A stretch of DNA of 64,000 nt from Polyangiales bacterium (GTDB lineage: Bacteria > Myxococcota_A > Polyangia > Polyangiales > Houyiibacteriaceae), in contig JBGCFM010000157.1 in assembly GCA_045106895.1 (NCBI GenBank), positions 4,151 to 68,150 on the forward strand, written 5' to 3'. Position numbers and translations under genes: made by a program. The notes under the pieces are model-generated. The model ran no database searches, was not told the origin of the DNA, and saw only the letters and a list, made by a program, of their open reading frames with translations. This document shows positions 27,741-37,077 of the stretch, piece by piece. Every line of letters begins with the position of its first letter. Position 1 is the first letter of the stretch.

Positions 27741-28514
27741 CTACTCGTCGAAGAACATCGGCGCGCGCTTCCGAATGAAGCGCAGGACAAGATCGCGGGA
27801 CTCCGCGCTGAGCTTGTCAAACTGGATTCCCATGCCGGGGACCGAGTCCGAGCTAAGATCGAAGGGGTCACGTACGAATCGAATCCAGCCCTTGCAGCGA
27901 AACTCGAAACCGCCTGGGAGTGTCACGAGCGCGTTGACGCGGGTGCCGCGCGCCAGGACTTCGTAGGTGCTCAGGAAGACGCCGCCTTCACCGATCTCGC
28001 CGCTGAAGCCCACGTAGAAGTTGGACTCGGTGTTTGCGCCAATGTTCGCCTCCACCTCTTCCTCGGCGCCGCCTTCGGGCGCTGGTGGGGCTTCGATCTT
28101 CGCCGGCGCAATACTGCGAGGCTTCTTCGCCGGGGGGGGCGTGTCGTCTTTGATCGTATCCGATGCTGCGGGCGCCGGAGGCCGTCGCGAGGGCACGGTG
28201 GTCAGCGGGTACAGAGCGCTCATGGCTTTCGCCAAGGTCTCCGTGGCCAGCGCGACTCCATCGTGGGTGCTGCGCACATCCTGAAGCAGGGCCAAGGTCT
28301 GGGAAAGAGTCCCGAGGGCCTTCTTGACGCAGGACTTGCCGTCTAGCTCCGACGAAGCCTTCTCTGCTTCGAAGAGCGCACCGACGGATTGGGCGATGTT
28401 GGAGGCGACCGCCATCACGTCGTCGGGGATGTTGGAGTCTGCTTGGAGGGCTTCGAGAGCCTTGCCGAGGGATTCGCGGGATTCGCGGGCCGTGTCGGCG
28501 CCGGAGTAACTCAT
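27741..28514 (-). CDS. PilZ-domain protein (TIGR02266-like) with N-terminal helical domain, degenerate motifs
   Basis: SNFYVGFSGEIGEGGVFLST and PGMGIQF; no RxxxR. Confidence 0.82.
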   Translation of the reverse strand: MSYSGADTARESRESLGKALEALQADSNIPDDVMAVASNIAQSVGALFEAEKASSELDGKSCVKKALGTLSQTLALLQDVRSTHDGVALATETLAKAMSALYPLTTVPSRRPPAPAASDTIKDDTPPPAKKPRSIAPAKIEAPPAPEGGAEEEVEANIGANTESNFYVGFSGEIGEGGVFLSTYEVLARGTRVNALVTLPGGFEFRCKGWIRFVRDPFDLSSDSVPGMGIQFDKLSAESRDLVLRFIRKRAPMFFDE

Positions 28515-28581
28515 GGGGATTCCTTCACTAAGAAGCCACTTTCATAGCCGGGCGCGATGATACTCCGCACAGCGCCAAGGT

Positions 28582-29037
28582 CTAGCCAAGATCGCGTTCG
28601 TAGACCACACGGGCTCGTCCAGCGCCGGCATAGTGGGGCGCCACGGTGGCCCTGAAGCCGAGAGCCTCGTGAAAACGAAGAGCACCTTCGTGTCCAACGG
28701 GGGAAATCGCCTTGAGACTTCTTGCGCCGGCGGCCCTGCACTTTTCCTCAAAACGGGCGTACAGCCGCTGCCCGACACCGAGACGACGGTAGTCGGGGTG
28801 GATGCCAACGAGGTGGATATAGCCGAGGGGCGGGGACTTTGGGACGAGAAAACCCAGTAGAAACCCTGCCATTTTGCCGTCGTCTTCTGCAACGATGGCG
28901 TCGGATCCGAGCTCGTGGAAGAGATGGGGCGCGGCTCGCTGAGCGCCCGGTCCGCCCCACCAGCGGTCCATGACCGTGGATAGGTGGTCGAAGTCGCTCT
29001 TTGTCATGGGGCGTAAGGTGATCTCAAGGTCGGCCAC
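28582..29037 (-). CDS. GNAT-family N-acetyltransferase
   Basis: GYIHLVGIHPDYRRLGVG and ALRFHEALGF. Start is GTG 29037 or ATG 29007. Confidence 0.85.
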   Translation of the reverse strand: MADLEITLRPMTKSDFDHLSTVMDRWWGGPGAQRAAPHLFHELGSDAIVAEDDGKMAGFLLGFLVPKSPPLGYIHLVGIHPDYRRLGVGQRLYARFEEKCRAAGARSLKAISPVGHEGALRFHEALGFRATVAPHYAGAGRARVVYERDLG

Positions 29038-29131
29038 AGGACATCGTACAACGAAGCCGGCGAAATAGCAGTCCTCCGAAGCGCGGGAGGAAGAGTTCGC
29101 CGAATTCTCGTTCGTTTGGTAGGAAACAAGG

Positions 29132-29728
29132 GTGAGCGAGCCCCTCTTTTGTCCATTCTGTAACGAGTGCTTCGAGGAGGCTGCCCGCTGCCCGGACCAC
29201 GACATCCCCCTCGTCGGTTTTGAGGAGCTTCAGAAGACCCGCGCGCGTTCGGCGCCCAGCAAAGAAGAAGCTGTTGAAGCCTACTCACCGCGCTTCGGCC
29301 GTATTTTTCTGATGGCGGCGGCTTTTCTCTGGCTTCTGGGGTTCTCACTCCCGTTCGTCGCCATCCCTGAGCGCGGCGCCGTGAGCGGTTTTGCGCTGGC
29401 CTCTGCCTCCGCTCTCAACCTCTGGATGGTGCCGGCGCTCTCCTTCGCCATCTTCAGCATCCTTGTCCGCCGCCGCACGCCCGCGGCGATGCAGAGCGCC
29501 CGTTTGGCGGTGGCTGTGTTGGCTGGCGGTGTGGGGGCGAGCCTTGGATTCACGCTCTATCGTGTCTACAACACGACCCACCTGCTCGTGGAACGGGTGG
29601 GCCACACCATCGAAGTTGTGCCCCAGGCGGGGGTATTCGTCATCGGCCTAGGGGTCGCCATCGGGCTTGTCGGCGCACTTCGCTTCGGCGTTCTCAAAGA
29701 CGCTCCGCCCACCTACCGCGTCGAGTAG
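29132..29728 (+). CDS. Hypothetical membrane protein with N-terminal CPFC..CPDH zinc ribbon
   Basis: Four hydrophobic helices follow the Cys/His motif. Confidence 0.7.
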   Translation: MSEPLFCPFCNECFEEAARCPDHDIPLVGFEELQKTRARSAPSKEEAVEAYSPRFGRIFLMAAAFLWLLGFSLPFVAIPERGAVSGFALASASALNLWMVPALSFAIFSILVRRRTPAAMQSARLAVAVLAGGVGASLGFTLYRVYNTTHLLVERVGHTIEVVPQAGVFVIGLGVAIGLVGALRFGVLKDAPPTYRVE

Positions 29729-29788
29729 CGTGCCGTCCGGCGCGATCCGTATTTCTCCAGTCGTCGCGCGGATGCTAGGGTCTGCGCC

Positions 29789-30709
29789 GTGACGACCATC
29801 GTCGAACTCGAAAACGTAGAAAAACGCTACGGGGACCTCAAGGCCCTTGGTGTGGAATCGCTTGTGCTCGAAGAGGGCAGCATCGGTCTCCTGGGTCCGA
29901 ACGGAGCAGGCAAGAGCACGCTCCTCAAGATCCTCCTGGGCCTCGTCGAACATGACACCGGATCGGTCAAAGTGTTCGGCGAGGAGGTTCGTCGCGACCC
30001 CTTCGCTATCCGCGCACGCATTGGATATATGCCGGAGGGGGACGCTGTCATGGCTGAGCTTACGGCCCTTGAGTACGCGGTTTTCGCGGCGGAACTATGC
30101 GGACTTCCCAAGGCAGAAGCGCAAGGGCGAGCTCATCAAGTTCTCCACTACGTCGGCCTCGGCGAAGCGCGCTACCGGCGCCTCGGAAGTTACTCCACGG
30201 GCATGAAACAGCGCGCCCGCCTTGCCCAAGCCCTTGTTGGCGACCCGAAACTTTTGCTCCTCGACGAGCCGACGAGTGGACTTGACCCGCGTGGCCGCGA
30301 TGAAATGTTGGAGTTGATTCAGGACATCCCCACGCGAACCGGCGCGACGGTGATCCTCTCCACGCACATTCTTCCGGACGTCGAAAAGACCTGTGACCAG
30401 GTCGTCGTTCTTGCCGGCGGACAGTCGCTCTACGCGGGCCCCCTCGCGCCCCTCGTGGCTGTCGAGGCGGGCATCTTTGAGGTGCGCATCAAAGGGGATC
30501 CCGAGCCGTTTCGGAAGGCTCTCGAGCTCGAGCGCTGCCTCGTGAAGACTCGCGCAGCGGATCTCGAAGTTCGGCTTCCCGAAGGCACGACGCCTTCACT
30601 CATACTCAGCGTTGCGCGCACCGGGGGCTTTCAGGTTCGCCACATGGCGCCGCTGGTCATGACTTTGGAGCGCGCGTTCTTCAAGACCCTCGAAGACGCG
30701 GCGCCCTGA
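29789..30709 (+). CDS. ABC-2-type transporter ATP-binding protein (no adjacent permease)
   Basis: GPNGAGKST, YSTGMKQR, LLDEPTSGLD, LSTH. Confidence 0.9.
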   Translation: MTTIVELENVEKRYGDLKALGVESLVLEEGSIGLLGPNGAGKSTLLKILLGLVEHDTGSVKVFGEEVRRDPFAIRARIGYMPEGDAVMAELTALEYAVFAAELCGLPKAEAQGRAHQVLHYVGLGEARYRRLGSYSTGMKQRARLAQALVGDPKLLLLDEPTSGLDPRGRDEMLELIQDIPTRTGATVILSTHILPDVEKTCDQVVVLAGGQSLYAGPLAPLVAVEAGIFEVRIKGDPEPFRKALELERCLVKTRAADLEVRLPEGTTPSLILSVARTGGFQVRHMAPLVMTLERAFFKTLEDAAP

Positions 30710-30732
30710 GCGCGGCCTAATAGTGATGCGCC

Positions 30733-30769
30733 ATAGTGTGAAACTATCGCGTTTATCGATTTCTTATAT
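30733..30769 (+). promoter_or_regulatory. LysR/OxyR-like operator ATAG-N7-CTAT-N7-ATCG-N7-ATAT
   Basis: ATAG tgtgaaa CTAT cgcgttt ATCG atttctt ATAT matches 14 of 16 consensus positions of the OxyR tetramer site; AT-rich island in a GC-rich genome. Confidence 0.55.
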
Positions 30770-30804
30770 TGGGGCAATGGGTGTGACCAGGTCATCCTGA
30801 CCTC

Positions 30805-31260
30805 ATGGCCCATCGATTCCTTCATACCCTCGTCTTCTCCAGCGTTCTGGCGCTCGAGGGGTGCTCCACCAGTCATTCTTCACAAGGGGACCTGCCAGAC
30901 GGCGGGATGCCGGACGCGCCGAACCCCGACGCTTTCTTCGACGCCGGTCCACGACCCTTCGATACTGGTCCGGCTCGCGTAGATGCGGGCCCGCCGCCTT
31001 TCGATGGGGGGTCCACGAATGTCGATTCCGGCGCGCCGGACGCTGGGCGTCCCACAGACCCGCGACTCTGCGAACCCGGATGGCAGACGACGAAGGCCTC
31101 GACCTGTCAGCCCATCGACATGAACGACCCCGACTCGCCGCTCATTTGTTACTCGAGCTTCATTTGCGAGCCGGTGATGAACGACGCTGGCGAGCTCGTC
31201 GAAGAGTGCCGGGAATGGGAACCTGGAGACGGCGGCTGCATACTCCCGAGGTCTGAATAG
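30805..31260 (+). CDS. Small lipoprotein with DAG/DGG repeats and a Cys-rich C-terminus
   Basis: Lipobox LEGC; DGG/DAG/DTG repeats; six Cys in the C-terminal half. Confidence 0.75.
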   Translation: MAHRFLHTLVFSSVLALEGCSTSHSSQGDLPDGGMPDAPNPDAFFDAGPRPFDTGPARVDAGPPPFDGGSTNVDSGAPDAGRPTDPRLCEPGWQTTKASTCQPIDMNDPDSPLICYSSFICEPVMNDAGELVEECREWEPGDGGCILPRSE

Positions 31261-32069
31261 TGCAGTATGTGTCGAGTCAGACGTCCGCGCGCATAAGCGC
31301 AGACGGACGGTGGGGAGGCCGCGTCACGCGGCGTGCCCTCCCAGCCATCGAGGTCCAGGGGCTCTCGCCGGAACTCCGCGCTCAGATGGCGGGCATCTGG
31401 CTGATGCAGGCGGCGACGGAAAGTCGCGTCGCTCGCTCGTTCGAGATCATCGGTGACAGCTTGCGCTCCCTTGGCGCGGACGCCGGCATCATCCGACTCG
31501 CTGCCCGTGCCGTGGATGACGAACACCGCCACGCAGCGCTCTGCGAAGAACTCGCCGGCGCTTACGCGGGTCAAGGTGTCGGGCCGCACGTGGAGCTTGC
31601 CCATCGATCGCCGGAGCATCGCGACGCGTCCGAAGCCCTTCGTCACGCGCTTTACGTTGTCGGCCAGTGCGCGCTCAACGAGACCTTCGCCAGCGCCTAC
31701 CTCAGCGCGGCGCAGTTGGGCGCGACGCAACCCCTTGCCGCGGCAGCTCTCAAAGAGCTCACGAGCGACGAAATCGATCACGCGCGCGTCGGCTGGGCGT
31801 TTCTCACGGACATGCCCAAGGCGATGCGTCCGCTGATGAGCGATTGGCTCTTGCCTCTGACGGTGTGCAACCTGCGCGAATGGCGTGCGATCGAACTGCC
31901 CCCAGATGACTCTCTGGCGGCTCACGGCGTCCCGCCGCAGGACCTGGCGCGCCAGTACCTGAACGACGCGTTGACCGGTGTGCTGCTCCCGGGCTTTCGC
32001 CATGTCGGACTAGACACCCGTGCCCTCGAGTCGTGGGTTCGGTCCGGCGCGTCCACGAACGCGCCCTAG
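31260..32069 (+). CDS. Ferritin-like (diiron four-helix) domain protein
   Basis: ATE, DDEHRHA, LNET, SDEIDHARVGW: paired E..DExxH ligand sets. Confidence 0.78.
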   Translation: MQYVSSQTSARISADGRWGGRVTRRALPAIEVQGLSPELRAQMAGIWLMQAATESRVARSFEIIGDSLRSLGADAGIIRLAARAVDDEHRHAALCEELAGAYAGQGVGPHVELAHRSPEHRDASEALRHALYVVGQCALNETFASAYLSAAQLGATQPLAAAALKELTSDEIDHARVGWAFLTDMPKAMRPLMSDWLLPLTVCNLREWRAIELPPDDSLAAHGVPPQDLARQYLNDALTGVLLPGFRHVGLDTRALESWVRSGASTNAP

Positions 32070-32125
32070 CGCCCCTTCGCCTCTCCAGCCTTGGCCGCGT
32101 CCGGCTTCAAAGGTAGGGTCCGAGG

Positions 32126-34999
32126 ATGGCGTTCTTCGACGGCCTCTTCGAGCGCATCGACAATCTCGCAAAGCCCGGCAAAGGGCTCTTTGACCGCGCC
32201 ACGCGCTTCATTGACGATGTCCTCCTTCTCCCCGAGGAAGCAAAGGAAGCGCTGACCCGCGGGGAGGCGCTGGTGCTGGATGAGCGCTTTGAAGAGGCGG
32301 AGCAGTGCTTTTTGCAGGTGCTGGCGGAGCGCCCATCCCTCACCCGCGGGGCCCTCGGTCTCGCGCGTTCGCGGGAAGGTCTCGGCGACCTCGAAGGCAC
32401 CTACGAAGCGTTGATGGAGGCCCGCGAGTTCGCGCCGGAGGACGCACACCTTGCCCTCTGGACCGCCCGGGCGGCGTTGGCCGCGGGTCATCCCGCGGAT
32501 GCGCGGGACGCGGCCCTCGCGGCGAGCCGAGGACTGGCGGGGGAGGGCGGCGAGAACTTCGCCGACGCGTGCGCGACTTTGGCTTGGGCTGAGTGGCACG
32601 GTGGACGGCCGGACCGCGCAGTTCGAGAGCTGCGCAAGGCGCTCAGTGTCTCCGACCGTGACGATTTTCGTGTCGCCCTCGTCGCCGCTCTTGTCGACGC
32701 TGGAGATGGCGCCGCAGCCCTCTCCAGCGCTTCGGGGCTGGACCCGCTGCGCCTCGGTCCGATGGACGCTTGGCGCGTGGGCGAGTCTTTGGTTCGAGCC
32801 GGTCATGGCCCTTTGGGACAACGCTTCATGGCTGTCGCGGCGGACGCTGGCGTGCGAGAAGCGTGGGTCGCCCTGGGACGGGTGACACTGAACCTCGGCG
32901 ACTTGGAGGCGGCGGTGTCCCAAGCACGGCGTGCAATTGCCGAAGGCGGAGGTGCTCCAGCGCTCACGCTCCTCGCCGACGCGCTCTTGGCCGGCGGCGA
33001 CGACGCCGGGGCCGCCGAGGCTCATGAGGGCGCGGCGCAGTCCGTCACCGGCGCAGAGGCGTCGCTCGCTTGGGCGCGCGCCCTGCGGGTCGTTCCGCGT
33101 GACGAGCACGACGCCATCCAGCGATACGCCGAGAACCTGCGCGCTTGTGCGGAGCCTGGGGAGCGTGCGGCGCAGCAGCTGCTTTGGGCCTCGCGTTTGC
33201 TCCTCTCGTCCCCAGGAGCGCAGGGGACCGGAGAGGAGATCCAGACCGACGAGGTCCAGGAGCCACGGCTCGCGTTGGCCCTGGCGGGGCACCACGCGCA
33301 CGCCGACGAGCACCGAGAAGCGCTTGGTTTCCTAGACGTGTTCGACTCGCTTCGCTCCGGCGCGGACGACTGCCCCGCCGCGGACGCGGCCTACGCTGGA
33401 GAGCTTCGGCGCAGCAGCCTGCGGGCGGTATGGCGCGGCGAGGGCGAGGTCGACCTTCCGGCGGCCATCGACGCCGCCGCGCAGTTTGGTGAAGAACGAG
33501 GGCTGGGCGATGTGGCACGCGGCGCTCTGCGTCTGCGCGACGAGCTCGACCGTCCGCTCCTGGTTGGAGTCCTCGGCGAGTTCAACGCGGGAAAATCGAC
33601 GTTCATCAACGCGTTTATCGGCGCGAAGGTGGCGCCGATGGGAATCGTGCCGACAACGGCTACCTTGAACGTTCTGCGCGGTGGCGCGAATCGAGTGGTC
33701 CGTGTGGTCTTCCGGGATGGCAGCACACGCGAAGGCAGCCATGAAGCCCTACGGCCCATACTGGAGGAGCTGAACGCGGTGGGGGCCGACGCCGTCGGCG
33801 CGAAGGGTCTCGACCAGGTGGAGATCGTGGTTCCAAGTGAGCTTCTTGAGCGCGTCTGGATTCTCGACTCGCCGGGGACCAACGCTCTCGACCCCGAACA
33901 CGAGAGACTCGCTCGCGAAGCGGCCCGCAGGGCGGATGTTGTGCTCTGGGTCTTCGATGCCGCGCAGGCCGGCAAGATGACCGAGACCAAGATGCACGCG
34001 GAGATTCGTGCACAAGGGCGCTTGGTATTGCCGGTGCTCAACAAGTGCGACCGACTCAAAGAGGGCGAGCTTGAAGAGGTGAGCGCCGTCATCGAGGAAG
34101 GGTTCGGCGTCAAACCCGTCCCGCTTTCGGCGAAACGTGCCCTCAAAGCCAAGCTCGACGATGACGCTGATCTGCTGGAAGCCAGCGGGTTTCCCGAGCT
34201 CATGCGGCGTCTCGACGCCGATGTGTTTAGCCAGTCGCGGATGTTGAAGCGCCAGGCCTGCGCTGGGCGCCTCGCGACGCTCCTCGATGACGCCTTTCGT
34301 ACCGAGCAGGAACGTGCCTCGGGCCGCGCCGTGGAGGCCGAAGCCCTCGAGAAGATTCGAGAGGAGCTGCCCAAGATGCGGCGCGCGGGTCTCCTCGCCG
34401 TCGACGACGCCCTCCGTGTGTTCGCGCGCGAGCTCGATGAGGCGTTCACCTCGGCGCGGGAGGAGGTCCTTGCCTTCGCACGCCCACGTCGCGGTCGCTT
34501 TGCTTCCAAAGGGGTTCACCCGGAGGACCGAGCGTTTCTCAGAGAGGTTCTTGGGCGGCGGGTTCGCGAAGCCATCGAGCGTTGCGAGAAGCGCCTCCGA
34601 GCTCAGCTTCGCGCGGCGCTAGCCGTCGACTGGCCTCCGGGTCAGGACCCACGTGCAGGCATCGATGATGTTCTCCGTCCGGCCCTCACGGGATTCGCCG
34701 GCTACCAAAGAGGACGCCTCGATGGGGGCCTCGAGCGTTTCTTCGACGAAGAGCTCGCGCGAAACGAGCTGAGCGCCGAAGGGGTTTCCGCGGCCCTCGC
34801 AAAGGTCCGCGCCGACGAACGAGATGAGCTTCGCCCCGGCCTCCTGGAGGCCGTCGAGGGGATGATTCAGGCCACCGACGAAGGTCTCGATTCTGCTGTC
34901 CAGAGCTCGCGTTCGGCGGACGCGTCCCTTCGCTCCGCGGTTTTAGGACCCTTGATGGCCCTCCGAGATGTGCTCATGGAAACGCGAGACGCTCTCTGA
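32126..34999 (+). CDS. TPR-repeat plus dynamin-like GTPase fusion protein
   Basis: About 450-aa Ala/Leu helical repeats. G1 GEFNAGKST, G2 PTT, G3 DSPG, G4 NKCD, then LSAK and a helical stalk. Confidence 0.85.
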   Translation: MAFFDGLFERIDNLAKPGKGLFDRATRFIDDVLLLPEEAKEALTRGEALVLDERFEEAEQCFLQVLAERPSLTRGALGLARSREGLGDLEGTYEALMEAREFAPEDAHLALWTARAALAAGHPADARDAALAASRGLAGEGGENFADACATLAWAEWHGGRPDRAVRELRKALSVSDRDDFRVALVAALVDAGDGAAALSSASGLDPLRLGPMDAWRVGESLVRAGHGPLGQRFMAVAADAGVREAWVALGRVTLNLGDLEAAVSQARRAIAEGGGAPALTLLADALLAGGDDAGAAEAHEGAAQSVTGAEASLAWARALRVVPRDEHDAIQRYAENLRACAEPGERAAQQLLWASRLLLSSPGAQGTGEEIQTDEVQEPRLALALAGHHAHADEHREALGFLDVFDSLRSGADDCPAADAAYAGELRRSSLRAVWRGEGEVDLPAAIDAAAQFGEERGLGDVARGALRLRDELDRPLLVGVLGEFNAGKSTFINAFIGAKVAPMGIVPTTATLNVLRGGANRVVRVVFRDGSTREGSHEALRPILEELNAVGADAVGAKGLDQVEIVVPSELLERVWILDSPGTNALDPEHERLAREAARRADVVLWVFDAAQAGKMTETKMHAEIRAQGRLVLPVLNKCDRLKEGELEEVSAVIEEGFGVKPVPLSAKRALKAKLDDDADLLEASGFPELMRRLDADVFSQSRMLKRQACAGRLATLLDDAFRTEQERASGRAVEAEALEKIREELPKMRRAGLLAVDDALRVFARELDEAFTSAREEVLAFARPRRGRFASKGVHPEDRAFLREVLGRRVREAIERCEKRLRAQLRAALAVDWPPGQDPRAGIDDVLRPALTGFAGYQRGRLDGGLERFFDEELARNELSAEGVSAALAKVRADERDELRPGLLEAVEGMIQATDEGLDSAVQSSRSADASLRSAVLGPLMALRDVLMETRDAL

Positions 35000-35070
35000 A
35001 GAAAACGAACGGTTCATGAATTCGCTTCAAAAGGGTGATGAATCGACCCATCCGGAGGAAGACGGTCGAA

Positions 35071-35087
35071 TTGCAGTCATCTTGCCA
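35071..35087 (-). promoter_or_regulatory. sigma54 -24/-12 site antisense to and upstream of rpoN
   Basis: Minus strand TGGCAAG-ATGA-CTGCA versus consensus TGGCACG-N4-TTGCW; GG and GC are correctly spaced. Confidence 0.5.
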
Positions 35088-35156
35088 ATCGGCGCTTCCG
35101 TTATGGGGGAGCGAAACCGTATACTCGAGTTAGTCGCCCCGGCGGCTGGAGACTGA

Positions 35157-36611
35157 ATGGAGATCAAACAACAACTACGACTCTCTCAGAACATCGTGAT
35201 GACGCCTCAGCTGCAGCAGGCCATCAAGCTGCTGCAGATGTCACGAATGGAGCTCGTGGAGCTCGTTCAGGAAGAGCTCCTCGAGAACCCGGTCCTCGAA
35301 GACGGTATGGATGGTCACGACACGCGCGAAGTCGCGATGGAAGACTCGCCGACCATCGACAAGCAGATCGCCAGCGACGACAAAGCGGCGACGGACCAGG
35401 ACAACAAAGAGCAAAAAGACGACATCGATTGGGAACGTTACCTCGAGAATCACGCGCTTCAGCAGCCTCTGCCGAGCGTCCGGCGCGGTCCAGACGAGGA
35501 GATGCCTGGCGTCGACCAGACGCTTACTCGCGGGGATGACCTCGTGGATCACCTCGCCTGGCAGCTTCGAATGGGCGATTTTATCGACGAGGAGCAGAAA
35601 TTCGGCGCCCTTGTCCTCGGTCAGCTGAACGAGACCGGCATGCTCGTCATGGACGACGTCCCCGTCGACGAGATCGTGCCTCGTTTCGCCGTTGAATCCG
35701 GCCTTCATCCCGAAGATGCCGAAGAAGTCCTGAACATGATGCAGCGTTTCGACCCGGTGGGTTGCTGCACGCGTTCCCTCGAAGAGTGCCTCTTGGTCCA
35801 GGCGGATCACTTCGGCATGGACGAGCTGACCAAGCGCGTTCTGCGTGAGCATCTCAAGGACCTCGAGCGCCGGAACTACAACAACATTGCGAAGGCTCTC
35901 GAGATTGAGATCGAGGAAGTCTACGACATCGCTCAGGTCATCACGGACCTGGAGCCTCGCCCTGGCCGAAACTTCGCGAGCGCGGAGCCACGCTACATCA
36001 CGCCCGATGTCTACGTGCACAAGGTCGGCGACGAGTACTTCGTCATGGCCAACGACGACGGGATGCCGAAGCTCAAGATCAGCGGTTTCTACCGCGCGGC
36101 GATGGCCGACGACCCGAAGGCCAAGGAGTACATCAAGGGCAAGCTTCGCAGTGCCCAGTGGCTGATTCGATCCATCGACCAGCGACGAAAGACCATCATC
36201 AAGGTCACCGAGTGCATCGTTGAAAAGCAGCGCGAGTTCTTCGACAAGGGCATCGAATACCTGAAGCCGATGATCCTTCGTGACGTCGCCGAGTCCGTTG
36301 GCTTGCACGAGAGCACCATCTCTCGTGTGACGTCGAACAAGTACGTCAACACTCCCCGTGGCCTCTTGGAGCTCAAGTTCTTCTTCAACTCCGCGATTCG
36401 CCGCGACAACCAAGACGACATCGCGTCCGAGAGCGTCAAGCAAGCGATCAAGAAGATCGTGGACGCCGAGGACTCGAAGAGCCCGTACTCGGACCAGAAA
36501 CTGGTGAAGATGCTCGCCGAGAGCGACATCAAGATCGCGCGCCGAACCGTTGCCAAGTACCGAGAAATGTTAGGTATTCTCAGTAGCACGAAGCGAAAAA
36601 AGTACTTCTAA
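35157..36611 (+). CDS. rpoN: RNA polymerase sigma-54 factor
   Basis: Gln/Leu-rich region I (MTPQLQQAIKLLQ), HESTISRVT, RpoN box ARRTVAKYRE. Confidence 0.98.
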   Translation: MEIKQQLRLSQNIVMTPQLQQAIKLLQMSRMELVELVQEELLENPVLEDGMDGHDTREVAMEDSPTIDKQIASDDKAATDQDNKEQKDDIDWERYLENHALQQPLPSVRRGPDEEMPGVDQTLTRGDDLVDHLAWQLRMGDFIDEEQKFGALVLGQLNETGMLVMDDVPVDEIVPRFAVESGLHPEDAEEVLNMMQRFDPVGCCTRSLEECLLVQADHFGMDELTKRVLREHLKDLERRNYNNIAKALEIEIEEVYDIAQVITDLEPRPGRNFASAEPRYITPDVYVHKVGDEYFVMANDDGMPKLKISGFYRAAMADDPKAKEYIKGKLRSAQWLIRSIDQRRKTIIKVTECIVEKQREFFDKGIEYLKPMILRDVAESVGLHESTISRVTSNKYVNTPRGLLELKFFFNSAIRRDNQDDIASESVKQAIKKIVDAEDSKSPYSDQKLVKMLAESDIKIARRTVAKYREMLGILSSTKRKKYF

Positions 36612-36714
36612 GAGCGAATAAACTACGCGCGTGTTCGTTTCAAAAAAGCACTTTGAAACCGCACGGTACGACCCGAAACTTTCACGACCCCGAACAAAGA
36701 CCCAAGGAGCCTCG

Positions 36715-37011
36715 ATGCGCATCAACTTCACCTTCCGAAACCTCGACTCATCCGAACGCATTAAATCGTATGCCTCCGAGAAGATCGCGAAGTTTCAGAA
36801 GTACCTTCGGGCGCCCTTGGATGCTGAAGTGGTCGTCTCTGTGGAGCGACACATCCACGCCATCGACATCACCGTCAACGCGGATGGCCAGCGCTACGCG
36901 GCCCGCGAAGAGTCCGAAGACATGTACGCTTCCATCGACCTGTGCCTCGACAAAGTCGATCGTCAGATCCGAAGCAAGAAGGCCGCCGCCGTCGATCGAA
37001 AGCGCGGCTAG
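36715..37011 (+). CDS. hpf: Ribosome hibernation promoting factor (short HPF/RaiA)
   Basis: MRINFTFRNL..DMYASID..DKVDRQ; AAGGAG SD; directly follows rpoN. Confidence 0.93.
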   Translation: MRINFTFRNLDSSERIKSYASEKIAKFQKYLRAPLDAEVVVSVERHIHAIDITVNADGQRYAAREESEDMYASIDLCLDKVDRQIRSKKAAAVDRKRG

Positions 37012-37077
37012 GGCCAGTTTTTTTCGCAAGCTGCGGTGGGGGTTGTCGTCGTCGAAGGCGTTTGCTAACCCGCCGCC

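Noticed and set aside
36631-36665. Inverted repeat GTTTCAAA-N7-TTTGAAAC between rpoN and hpf
   Set aside because: Single occurrence; most simply a weak hairpin or processing site, with no evidence for a specific regulator.
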